Source of the DNA: a bacterium
Lineage (GTDB): Bacteria; J088; JAWLBW01
Direction: 5' to 3'
Length of the DNA stretch: 64,000 nucleotides
NCBI GenBank assembly: GCA_041690355.1
Contig: JAWLHK010000009.1
Coordinates: forward strand, 1 to 64,000
In this document: piece by piece, positions 55,641-64,000 of the stretch
Layout of the letters: the number at the start of each line of letters is the position of its first letter
Numbering within the stretch: the stretch's first letter is position 1
Notes under the pieces: model-generated
The model's input: the letters and a program-made list of their open reading frames with translations, nothing else
Told to the model about the DNA's origin: nothing
Databases searched by the model: none
Program-made: the position numbers and the translations under genes

Positions 55641-57818
55641 ATGCTTCGCTGGCTCCTGCGCGCGGTTCCGGTTCTGCTCGGCGTATGGCTCGTGGTGGCC
55701 GTAACCGCCCGGCCTGCGCCCGCCCCGTCGTGTGCAGAGGACTATCCACTCCCGCTGGCCGCCTCCGCCGCAGACGACATGGCCCGGCTCTGGTCTGCCC
55801 AGGGCGGGCACCTTGATTTCGCCGAGTCTGAGGGGGAGCCGACGCTCCGCTTCCAGTTCCGCCCCGAGGCAGACACGATCCGCTTCGACCGGGACGCCGC
55901 CGTGCGGGTGCGGGTCGACTTTCACTGCCCCGGCGAGGCGGGGCCGCTCGCGCTCGAGGCCGAGATCCGCTTTTCACAAACGCTCGGGCATCATGCGGAG
56001 CTGCAGGATGTCATGTTCCTTGGCGCTGAGAGCGTCTACCTGGCGGGGGCCGCGGTACCCCGCGCCGGGCGGTGGACGCCCGTTCGCATCCCGCTGCCGC
56101 GCGAGACCGGCCGCTTCACGGCCGTGCACTTCGGCATGGGGGTCGGCTGGGTGCGCGAACGCCCCGGCGCCGACGCGACGTTCGAGCTGCGCCGCGCCCG
56201 GCTGCTGCGCCGCCGCCCCCTGTACGTCGAGTCGGCAACCCATGCCACGGAAACGCTGACCTGGCGGGATCCCGACCACCCGCTGCAGAACGATCCGCGC
56301 AGCCTGCTCCCCCTTGCCCGCGGCGCGCCGGCGTGGGCCATCCTGGCCCTCCCGCCCGGGCCGTCGCAGCCGGTGGAGTTCAGCTTGCCCTCCGGAGTTC
56401 GCGCCGACCTCTGGCAGGCAGAATGGCTGCCGATCGAACGCAAGCTCGGCGTCGTTGAAGAGCGGCCCTTACGCCTGCTGCCCCTGGTGCGCGGCCGGCT
56501 GGCGGCCGATCGGCAGACGCGACTGGTGTGGATACGCCTCCGGGACGACGGGGCCGCGCCCGGCCTTCACACGCTGCGCGCCCACTGGCAGGGGCGCGCG
56601 GCAAGAGTCGACGTGCAAGTCTTTCCGCTTTCGATCCCCGAAGGGAGCACGCACTTTCAAATCTACTATCAGATGAACGAGAACTGGCCCGGTTACGTCC
56701 GCTACGGCGCATTCTACGCGAACGCCCCGGCGCACTTCCGCCAGCTGCGCGACTTCGGCTTCACCGGCGTGCACCTGTCCGAGGAACCGAGGGTGCGCCT
56801 TGCCGCGCAGGGGGTCGCCGTCGACCTCACCGCGCACGGGCGGTACTGGCAGCGTTGGCCGCACCCGCTGGCCGAGGTGCTGCGGGCCGCGGGAGAGGCC
56901 GGATTCGCCGATCCGCTCATCTGGGAGGGGTTACGCATCTTCCGCCGCGACGACGTGTGGAACGGGGTGCGCCTGGCCAGCGGCCTCCTCCCCGCGGTTC
57001 CCCCCTCTGCCGGAATCGATTCACCCCCTGCGCGTCTGGCCGCTCTCGCAGCCTCGACGGCGCGGGAGTGGACGCGGCGCACCGGCCGGGCGCCCATGCT
57101 CTCGGTCGACGACGAGCCGGGGGTCAAGAGCGACGCGGCCGTTGCCGAGACGGGGCGCCACCTGCGTGCGCTGCGCGAAGCCGGATACCGCACCTACCTG
57201 ACGACGCACGCGCGTCTGCATGATTCCTTCCACCGCCTGGCGCCGTGGCTTTCGGTGAACGTCCTGCACGCCGAAGACGTCACCGCGGGCGCCGCACAAT
57301 TCGCGGCCGCGCATGGCGGAGAACTGTGGCTCTACAACGGCGGGAGCATGAACATCGGCCCCCCCGTTCAGGACCGCTTCTTCTACGGCCTCTACGGCTG
57401 GCGCGCCGGGGCGGCGGGGCTCACCCAGTGGATCTACGCGCGGCCGTCGAGTCTCGCCGATCCGCTCGAGCCGGCGACGATGCTGCAGGACGACGCCCAG
57501 TTCTACGCGCTTCCCGGTCGCGATGGCATGCCGGCGCCGACCCCCGGTCTCGTCGGGCTGGCCGCGGGGATCGTCGACCGCCGTATTCTCGACCTGGCCG
57601 CGGCCCGCCGCGCAGAGCACCCCCCGGTGGATGCCGTGCTTCGCAAGCTCGCCGACCGGCTTCCGCTTGCGCCGGCGCCGGACGAATTCGCGCTCTACCG
57701 GCTGCAGCGCGCCGCCGATCTGCATGCCGCGCGCGCCGACCTGCTGCGGGCCCTCGCCGGCCAGCCGGTTGAAAGCGGGGCGGCGGCCGGAATTCAGGGA
57801 ACGAGCACGGCCCGGTAG
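55641..57818 (+). CDS. Secreted protein, possible glycoside hydrolase-like (DUF4091/GH123-like C-terminus)
   Basis: Signal peptide; VDDEPG, ELWLYN, RFFYGLYGWRAGAAGLTQWIY, GIVDRRIL. Confidence 0.6.
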   Translation: MLRWLLRAVPVLLGVWLVVAVTARPAPAPSCAEDYPLPLAASAADDMARLWSAQGGHLDFAESEGEPTLRFQFRPEADTIRFDRDAAVRVRVDFHCPGEAGPLALEAEIRFSQTLGHHAELQDVMFLGAESVYLAGAAVPRAGRWTPVRIPLPRETGRFTAVHFGMGVGWVRERPGADATFELRRARLLRRRPLYVESATHATETLTWRDPDHPLQNDPRSLLPLARGAPAWAILALPPGPSQPVEFSLPSGVRADLWQAEWLPIERKLGVVEERPLRLLPLVRGRLAADRQTRLVWIRLRDDGAAPGLHTLRAHWQGRAARVDVQVFPLSIPEGSTHFQIYYQMNENWPGYVRYGAFYANAPAHFRQLRDFGFTGVHLSEEPRVRLAAQGVAVDLTAHGRYWQRWPHPLAEVLRAAGEAGFADPLIWEGLRIFRRDDVWNGVRLASGLLPAVPPSAGIDSPPARLAALAASTAREWTRRTGRAPMLSVDDEPGVKSDAAVAETGRHLRALREAGYRTYLTTHARLHDSFHRLAPWLSVNVLHAEDVTAGAAQFAAAHGGELWLYNGGSMNIGPPVQDRFFYGLYGWRAGAAGLTQWIYARPSSLADPLEPATMLQDDAQFYALPGRDGMPAPTPGLVGLAAGIVDRRILDLAAARRAEHPPVDAVLRKLADRLPLAPAPDEFALYRLQRAADLHAARADLLRALAGQPVESGAAAGIQGTSTAR

Positions 57819-58795
57819 CGGATGGTGTTGTCGCGGACCTTCTGCATCGCCTCGTTGGCGCGCGCGAGGGGAAAGGTTTCGATGATCGGGCGCACGCCTT
57901 GATCGGCTGCAAAGCGGAGCATCTCGGTCATCTCGGCCCGCCCGGCGATCGGGCTCGACGTGATGCGCTTGCGCCGCCCCATGAGCAGACCGATCGGCAG
58001 CGTCATCGGTTCATTCGGCACGCCGACGAAGCTGAGCGTGCCGTCGCTGTCGAGCAGCTTGAGGTAGTCGGTCCACGGCAGCGCGAGCGGCACGGTGTTC
58101 AGAATGATATCGAACCGCGACGGCGTTCGCGGACGCCCCGCTTCTCCGGTAATGACCGCTTCGCGCGCGCCGAGCTTCTCGGCGAACTCAGCCTTGTCGG
58201 GGCTCGTCGTGAAGACGGTGACCCGGTTGCCCATCCGCGCCGCGAACTGAACCGCCATGTGGCCGAGCCCGCCGACGCCGATGATTCCGATGCGCTGCGC
58301 CCCGCGCATCCCCGCCTGCCGCAGGGCCGAGTAGACGGTGGCGCCGCCGCACAGCAGCGGCCCCGCCTCGTCGGTCGCGATGGCGTCGGGGATCGGGAAA
58401 CAGAAGCGGCTGTCCATGACCATGTGCCCGCCGAACCCCCCATGGCCGTCGGAGATGACGCCCGTCGACTGCGAACACAGGTTTTCGTCGCCCCGGATGC
58501 AATCGGTGCAGCTCATGCAGGCCGAGCGCTGCCAACCCACGCCCACCCGATCGCCGGGGCGCAGGTGCCGCACCTGCGCGCCGACTTCGATCACCTCGCC
58601 GACGACCTCGTGCCCGGCGACGAGCGGATAGCGGCTGATGCGCCAGTCGTTGTCGATCATGTGCAGATCGCTGTGGCAGATGCCGCAGCTTTTCACGGCG
58701 AGCAGGCAGTCGTAGGCGCCCAGGGCGGGAGACTCATATTCGTACGGGGCGAGCGGGGCGCTCGGCTCCGCGGCGGCCATGGCATGGATCTTCAA
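57794..58795 (-). CDS. Zn-dependent NADPH aldehyde reductase / cinnamyl alcohol dehydrogenase family
   Basis: CGICHSD, GHEVVG, CxxCxxC-x7-C, PLLCGG, GVGGLGH; TTG start with GGAGG SD. Confidence 0.92.
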   Translation of the reverse strand: MKIHAMAAAEPSAPLAPYEYESPALGAYDCLLAVKSCGICHSDLHMIDNDWRISRYPLVAGHEVVGEVIEVGAQVRHLRPGDRVGVGWQRSACMSCTDCIRGDENLCSQSTGVISDGHGGFGGHMVMDSRFCFPIPDAIATDEAGPLLCGGATVYSALRQAGMRGAQRIGIIGVGGLGHMAVQFAARMGNRVTVFTTSPDKAEFAEKLGAREAVITGEAGRPRTPSRFDIILNTVPLALPWTDYLKLLDSDGTLSFVGVPNEPMTLPIGLLMGRRKRITSSPIAGRAEMTEMLRFAADQGVRPIIETFPLARANEAMQKVRDNTIRYRAVLVP

Positions 58796-58817
58796 GGTAG
58801 ACCTCCGGTAGGGTCGA

Positions 58818-59261
58818 TCAGGCGGCGAGCGCCTCGGCCAGCGTCGTAATGGCCGCCAGCAGCTCGGGCCAGTTGGTCGCGGCGAGCGTTGCGAACGCCG
58901 CCGGCAGATACGCCGCCAGGGCCGCCGCCACGAGGATGCGGAACACGGCCTGCAGGACGTCGGGATTGCCCCGGATCCACGCGGCCCCCCGGTGCAGCGC
59001 CTCCTGGACATGGGCCAGACCGCGCCGGAGCGCCTCGATGATCTCGGGCGTCTGCGCGAGAAGCCGGTCGAGCACGCGCTCGAGCGCCGGCAGGCGACCG
59101 GCCAGTTCCTCGACGACGGTAGCCAGATCGTCGAGCCGATCGGCCACGGTGCGCTGGACGACTTCGACCAGCCGGCGCTCGTAGACATCGAACGGCGTGC
59201 CCGGGCGGTTCAGTTCGTCGAGCATGCGCAGGGTGGCGACCGGTTTCGCAGTTTCAGCCAT
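58818..59261 (-). CDS. Hypothetical helical protein with C-terminal hydrophobic segment
   Basis: ATG 7 nt after TGG-TATCGT; upstream of the ADH on the same strand. Confidence 0.6.
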   Translation of the reverse strand: MAETAKPVATLRMLDELNRPGTPFDVYERRLVEVVQRTVADRLDDLATVVEELAGRLPALERVLDRLLAQTPEIIEALRRGLAHVQEALHRGAAWIRGNPDVLQAVFRILVAAALAAYLPAAFATLAATNWPELLAAITTLAEALAA

Positions 59262-59375
59262 GCGATTCACGATACCAGCCAGCAGCGGCGCTGACCACCG
59301 CGCGGGCGGGGAAATCCAGAGGATAGCGGACGCGTAATGCGCGCCCGCGCCCGGGAGCAATCCGGGGGGGTGGAA

Positions 59376-59759
59376 TCAGTGATGGTCGACGTCGCTGTCG
59401 TCCGACACCAGCGGCTCATCGCCCAGATCCGAAACCTGGCTGTGGAAGGAGACGAGAAAGAACTCGTCGAAGAGCTGCCGCGTGCGGGGGTGGGGCCACG
59501 TCGATTCGTCTTCGAACCAGCCGGCCAGCTCGTTTTCAAAAATATCGTCCCAGCACTCGCAAAGCACGGGTTCGGGATCGAGATCGAGCACGGACTCGGG
59601 AATCAGGTAGACATTGGCGTCCCTGTCGACCTGCTCCAACGTCAGCACCATGGGATTGCGCGGATGGAGCGTGCGCTCGACCCCGTTGATCCACGTGACG
59701 AAAGCGGGACGGGGACGCACGATGACGGCGGCGCGGTTGACATGCGGATAGAGGGGCAC
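59376..59759 (-). CDS. Acidic conserved hypothetical protein (paralog of 60684-61052)
   Basis: VNRAAVIVRPRPAFVTW...YLIP...WDDIFENELAGWFEDESTWP. Confidence 0.8.
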   Translation of the reverse strand: MPLYPHVNRAAVIVRPRPAFVTWINGVERTLHPRNPMVLTLEQVDRDANVYLIPESVLDLDPEPVLCECWDDIFENELAGWFEDESTWPHPRTRQLFDEFFLVSFHSQVSDLGDEPLVSDDSDVDHH

Positions 59760-59814
59760 ACGGATAGAGTAGCACGGCCGCGGACATGAAGATTCCCGAA
59801 TGGGGCCGAAAATC

Positions 59815-60681
59815 TCAGACCTCGCCCGGTGGCGGCGGCGGCGGGGGGAGCGCGCGGGCACGGGCATTCTCGTAGGCCATCCGCACGGCCGTCTCGCCGT
59901 GCTGCCGCTCGAGGCGGCGGATGCCGAAGTGATAGCCGGCCACGCGGTTGAAGTGGGTCGTGAAGGCGACGTTGAGGGCGGCGCCGCCGACCGCGCCGAC
60001 GACCGGAACGGCCTGGGCGACGAGTTTGTCGGTCACGACGAGATTGAACCGGCCGGCGACGCGGCCGATGAGGGCCACCAGCGGAGGTGCGGCTTCGCGC
60101 GCCAGGTCTTTGGCGAGCCGCTTCGTGCCGACGGCGGTCAAGTACTGCGCCGCATCGCGCACAAGGTGTCCGAGGGCGATACGCGACGTGTAGTAGGCGT
60201 TCTCCATGGCGTCATCATCGGGGCTCGGGCCGCCGTAGCTGAGCACCGACAGGCACTCGATGCGCGTCTGGATCAGCGACAGGTCTTCGCCCTGATTGCG
60301 GGCGGTTACCGCGATGGATCGCAGCATGAGCGCCGTCGTAAGCGGAAGCTCGATAGCGAGCGCGGGGCCGCCGAGCAGTCCGCCGACGCCGCCCGTCACC
60401 CCCGTCACGGCCGTGTGCAGCCAGGCGCTGCGGTCCGGGGCGAAAGGGGATGCCCTCTCTTCCTGCCCGACGCCACCCGGCGCGGGAACCGTCCGGACCA
60501 CGGCTTCGAGTCCGCGGAAAAGGGAGCGGCGGACGATGTCATGAAACCCTTGGGGGAGCAGGGCTGCGGCGCGCTCGACCGGCTCACCGATCAGGTTCGT
60601 CACGCGCAACAGAAACGAGGGCCGCTCGAGATACCGGGCGGCGACGTCGAGAAAACGCAGCTCGGCCGGGGCCAGCGACAC
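59815..60681 (-). CDS. EcsC family protein
   Basis: YLERPS, TGGVGG...IELPLTTALMLRSI...GEDL, VPVVGAVGGAALN...RRLERQHG. Confidence 0.88.
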   Translation of the reverse strand: MSLAPAELRFLDVAARYLERPSFLLRVTNLIGEPVERAAALLPQGFHDIVRRSLFRGLEAVVRTVPAPGGVGQEERASPFAPDRSAWLHTAVTGVTGGVGGLLGGPALAIELPLTTALMLRSIAVTARNQGEDLSLIQTRIECLSVLSYGGPSPDDDAMENAYYTSRIALGHLVRDAAQYLTAVGTKRLAKDLAREAAPPLVALIGRVAGRFNLVVTDKLVAQAVPVVGAVGGAALNVAFTTHFNRVAGYHFGIRRLERQHGETAVRMAYENARARALPPPPPPPGEV

Positions 60682-60683
60682 GC

Positions 60684-61052
60684 CTACTCCTCTTCGTCAG
60701 CCAGAAGCGGCTCACCCGACACGTCGACGGTGAGCGTGTGCAGCCGGACGTCGAACCATTCGTCGAACAGCTCGGGCGTCAACGGTCCGGGCCAGAGCTC
60801 CTCGTCTTCGTACCAGCCCGACAGTTCCTGAATGAAGATGTCTTCCCACAGATCGTCGAGCAGATCGTTGGGGTCTTCATCCTCCTGCAGCGCGGGGACG
60901 AGGTACGCGGTGGGGTCGGCCTGAAGCTCGTCGAGCGTCGTCGGCGTCTGCTCTTCTTCGGGGAGCTGGGAGTCGACGGCCTCCAGCCACTCGGCGAACG
61001 GCTGAAGCGGCGTAACGATGAGCACAGAACGGTTGACGAACGGATACGGCAT
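60684..61052 (-). CDS. Acidic conserved hypothetical protein (paralog of 59376-59759)
   Basis: VNRSVLIVTPLQPFAEW...YLVP...WEDIFIQELSGWYEDEELWP; GGAGG SD. Confidence 0.85.
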   Translation of the reverse strand: MPYPFVNRSVLIVTPLQPFAEWLEAVDSQLPEEEQTPTTLDELQADPTAYLVPALQEDEDPNDLLDDLWEDIFIQELSGWYEDEELWPGPLTPELFDEWFDVRLHTLTVDVSGEPLLADEEE

Positions 61053-61162
61053 GGCGCAACCTCCACGAGAGACAGCCTTTACTGTAGCATGAACCGCCCG
61101 AGCGGCGGGACTCCTTTTCGGTCAATTCGTAATCCCCCCAGCGCCCCGGACGAGGGACGGCA

Positions 61163-61714
61163 TCAGCCGGGGGCCCGGCCGACATCCGGCGCGATGAGCA
61201 GCCCGAGCAGGTAGTCGACGGCAGTATCTGCGGCCGGATTCTCAGCCAGGATCGGATACAGCATGACCCGGCTCAGCAGATCGGCCGGCTCCGTGCCGTC
61301 CGGAGTCTGCCGTAGTTCGATCCGCAGCGCGCGTGCCGTCTGAAGGCGACGGAAGAGGTCGAGCAGATCGCCCCGCTCGAAGCGGCCTGCAAGCTCGACC
61401 ATGGCGTCGAGGTCTTTCTGCGCGGGCACGCCACAGGCCAGCGCCACGGGATGGTAGGCCGGCGTCGCGAGAATGACCGCCGCCACGGCCAGCGCCGTGA
61501 GGCCGAAGCGTCGATCGTCGCTGTCGGTCAGAAAACGCCCGTCGAGAAGACGACGCGGATCGCCAATCCCCACCGCGAGACCGCCTTGCCGGATTGCCTG
61601 CCACAGCGCCCGCGCCTCGGGCCGGCTGCGCATCCGGGCGTCGGTCCAGTCGGCCGGGTTCGGGACGAGCGTCTGAAGCCGGACGCAGGCATCGAGAAGG
61701 GCGAGAGGAGACAT
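61163..61714 (-). CDS. Hypothetical protein
   Basis: 183-aa ORF with protein-like composition filling the gap. Confidence 0.6.
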   Translation of the reverse strand: MSPLALLDACVRLQTLVPNPADWTDARMRSRPEARALWQAIRQGGLAVGIGDPRRLLDGRFLTDSDDRRFGLTALAVAAVILATPAYHPVALACGVPAQKDLDAMVELAGRFERGDLLDLFRRLQTARALRIELRQTPDGTEPADLLSRVMLYPILAENPAADTAVDYLLGLLIAPDVGRAPG

Positions 61715-61718
61715 GGGA

Positions 61719-61809
61719 ATCTACAATTTACGATTTACGATTGACGATTTACGATTTACGATTTACGAATGACGAATGACGAATGACGAATGACGATTTA
61801 CGTTTGACG
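61719..61809. repeat. 13-unit heptamer array (ATTTACG/AATGACG), reverse complement of the AATCGT(C/A) family
   Basis: atttacg x6, aatgacg x4, plus attgacg, atctaca, tttgacg in unbroken 7-bp phase. Confidence 0.95.
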
Positions 61810-61944
61810 GATTTTGCGATGAGATCTGCGGTCTTCTGCACGCTCGACGATTCGGTCTGCCGGGGAAACGGTCTGTGTGACAAACCATTATCACCCCGCC
61901 CGCGGCGCTTGTCATCCGACTTCGATCGTTTGTACAGTGACGGG

Positions 61945-62409
61945 ATGAAGCCGACCCGCAAACGCGCCGCCCGTAGAGACCGCCGCAAGGCGAAACAGTC
62001 CGACTTCGCGCGCGAGGGAACGGTCAACCCCCGTAAAAAGGGGCACCATGCCTACGAGGCGCGCCACGGCGGCGAGGGTGAAACCGGGGCGGGGGCAGCC
62101 GAAGGGGCTCGCCTTCGGTGCGAAGAGGCAGGCGGTCACGACTTCAGGCCCGATCCCGGCCGCGCCATCAAACGATGCCGGTGCTGCGGCGCCCTCGCCC
62201 GCATGGCCGCAGAGGAATTCAGGCCGGAACCGGGAGGGCGTCTGGTCGTCCCCGAATCGATACGAAAAGCCGCCGCGAAGCCGCCCCTACCTGCCGCTGA
62301 ACTGAACAGTCCCCCGCCGCAGGAGGTCTGCCGCGGGCCACACGACTGGCGGCGCGACGCCGACCTCGGCATTCGGGCGTGCCGCCGCTGCGGGACCATC
62401 GATAAATAG
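61945..62409 (+). CDS. Hypothetical basic protein with two C-H-C-C zinc-ribbon-like motifs
   Basis: CEEAGGHDF...CRCCG and CRGPHDW...CRRCG; K/R-rich N-terminus. Confidence 0.65.
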   Translation: MKPTRKRAARRDRRKAKQSDFAREGTVNPRKKGHHAYEARHGGEGETGAGAAEGARLRCEEAGGHDFRPDPGRAIKRCRCCGALARMAAEEFRPEPGGRLVVPESIRKAAAKPPLPAAELNSPPPQEVCRGPHDWRRDADLGIRACRRCGTIDK

Positions 62410-62484
62410 CCCCGGCAGCAGGCCGCCCTGCCGAGTAAGGCCGAGCGCTGCCGGTCGACCTTGCCCCTGTGGTACCATCACGCC

Positions 62485-64000
62485 ATGCAGTCCCGCTCTT
62501 CACGGGGTTTTCTGGGGGGCTTTCTGGGACGGTTGCCGCTTCTGGTACTGGCCATTTCGCTGGGGCTGACCCTTGCGAGCTGGCTGCTCATCAAGCGCAC
62601 ACTCGATCTCAAGGCCGACGAGCGTTTCGAGTTGCGCACCCTGCAGATTCAGAACGAAATCGAAAACCGCATGCAGACGTATCTGGATGCGCTGCTTCAC
62701 ACGCGCGGCCTGTTCCAGGTCGACCCTCAAGTCGAGCGGGCCGAATTCGTGGAATACGTGCAGTCGATGGAAATCGGGGTGCGCTATCCGGGCATCCAGG
62801 GCATGGGTTTCACCCGGCGCGTCCCGGCCGCCGATCTCGCAGCGTACGAAGAACATATCCGCGGCGAAGGATTCCCTCAATTCAAAGTGTGGCCCGGTGA
62901 ACCGCGCGACGAGTATTTCAGCATCGAGTATCTCGAACCGTTCGACTGGCGCAACCGGCGGGCGTTCGGCTACGACATGCATACCGAACCGACGCGGCGC
63001 GCCGCCATGGATCGGGCCCGCGACACCGGCTACCCCACTTCCAGCGAACCGGTCACGCTGGTGCAGGAGACCGAGGCGAGCCGGCAGGTCGGTTTTCTCG
63101 TCTACGTTCCCGTCTACCGCGAGGGCGCTCCCGTAGCCACGGTCGAACAACGCCGCGACGCCCTGCGCGGATTCGTCTACGCCCCATTTCGCAGCCAGGA
63201 CCTGTTCGACGGAATCTTCAGCCAGCTCTACCGTCCCCTGGAGGTGACGTTTCGCGTCGTCGCGTTACGCGGCGATGAACCGGTTTCGCTTTATGAAACC
63301 GGCCCCCGCATGCCTGCGCCCCCCGAGCGTTCCTCCGAACGCATGACCATCGTCGCCGGGCAGCAGTGGAGGCTGCAATTCGACGCGGCGCCCGGATTTC
63401 TGACGCTCGTTGAACGAACCGCTCCGCCTGTCGTCCTCGTCTTCGGAACTCTCTTCAGCATCACCCTTTTCTTTCTCATCGGCGCCGAAGGGCGCCAACG
63501 TCAGGTCGAACGCGTTCTGCTTGCAAAAGAGCAGACGTCAAGACGCCAGGCCGAAGAGGCCGTGCGGGCCCGTGAGGATTTTCTCTCCATTGCCTCGCAT
63601 GAGCTGAAAACGCCGTTGACGAGTCTGACCCTGCAGCTGCAGATACTCGCCCGGGCGCTCTCGGGCGAAGAGCCGCGCCCGACCGAGCCCGAGCGTCTCC
63701 AGCGCATCATCGGCGCCGCGCTGCGCCAGGTCGAGCGGTTGAGCGCGCTGGTAACCAACCTGCTCGATGTCACCCGCGTCCACGGGGGCCGTTTTCAGAT
63801 CGAAAGAGTGCATGTCGACCTCGTCGAGATCGTGCATGAGATCGCCGATCGCTTTCGTGAGGAACTCGAGCGCGAGGGTTACGTCCTCGCGATGGAAGCG
63901 CCCGAGCCTGTCGCTGGCAGGTGGGATCGCTACCGCATCGAACAGGTCGTCGTCAACCTGCTCACGAACGCCATGAAGTACGGCGCGCGCCAACCGATTA
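62485..64000 (+). CDS. CHASE-domain sensor histidine kinase (3-prime end outside window)
   Basis: Absent from the ORF track as it has no stop here; TM, RYPGIQGMGF, YLEPFDWRNRRAFGYDM (CHASE), TM, FLSIASHELKTPL H-box, QVVVNLLTNAMKY N-box. Confidence 0.92.
   Translation, partial: MQSRSSRGFLGGFLGRLPLLVLAISLGLTLASWLLIKRTLDLKADERFELRTLQIQNEIENRMQTYLDALLHTRGLFQVDPQVERAEFVEYVQSMEIGVRYPGIQGMGFTRRVPAADLAAYEEHIRGEGFPQFKVWPGEPRDEYFSIEYLEPFDWRNRRAFGYDMHTEPTRRAAMDRARDTGYPTSSEPVTLVQETEASRQVGFLVYVPVYREGAPVATVEQRRDALRGFVYAPFRSQDLFDGIFSQLYRPLEVTFRVVALRGDEPVSLYETGPRMPAPPERSSERMTIVAGQQWRLQFDAAPGFLTLVERTAPPVVLVFGTLFSITLFFLIGAEGRQRQVERVLLAKEQTSRRQAEEAVRAREDFLSIASHELKTPLTSLTLQLQILARALSGEEPRPTEPERLQRIIGAALRQVERLSALVTNLLDVTRVHGGRFQIERVHVDLVEIVHEIADRFREELEREGYVLAMEAPEPVAGRWDRYRIEQVVVNLLTNAMKYGARQPI

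Noticed and set aside
198..60831. Long alternative-frame ORFs (for example 198-1850, 4342-6147, 20427-21935, 30694-32151, 39296-41077, 48547-50496)
   Set aside because: Antisense or off-frame shadows of well-supported genes, expected in high-GC DNA; no motifs

Overview
High-GC bacterial chromosomal window of about 65 genes. Gene content (many lipoproteins, CHASE kinase with an SIASHELKTPL H-box, PilZ hybrids, ASPIC/UnbV, cytochrome-c copper monooxygenase) suggests a deltaproteobacterial or Myxococcota-like organism; this is inference. The window holds: a GT3 glycogen synthase/glucan phosphorylase fusion; tRNA-Thr(CGT) followed by a 233-bp direct duplication carrying relics of two different nucleotidyltransferase/small-partner modules; a persulfide-handling cluster; a TetR-SDR-BVMO-patatin operon with a perfect 24-bp operator; tandem vapBC and DUF4160/DUF2442 toxin-antitoxin pairs; AlgI plus partner; a pseudo-receiver/TrxR-like fusion; ldtD-mepK; two Tat-partner/GMC oxidoreductase pairs; assorted stress genes; and a CHASE histidine kinase that runs off the right edge. 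Two window-wide signals stand out: a family of intergenic 7-bp-period arrays (some built into a 109-bp composite repeat), and about 15 genes with a -10-like hexamer 6-8 nt before the start codon and no Shine-Dalgarno site (apparent leaderless transcription). No integrase, transposase, reverse transcriptase, CRISPR array or rRNA was seen. All family assignments come from motif recognition by eye, not database searches.
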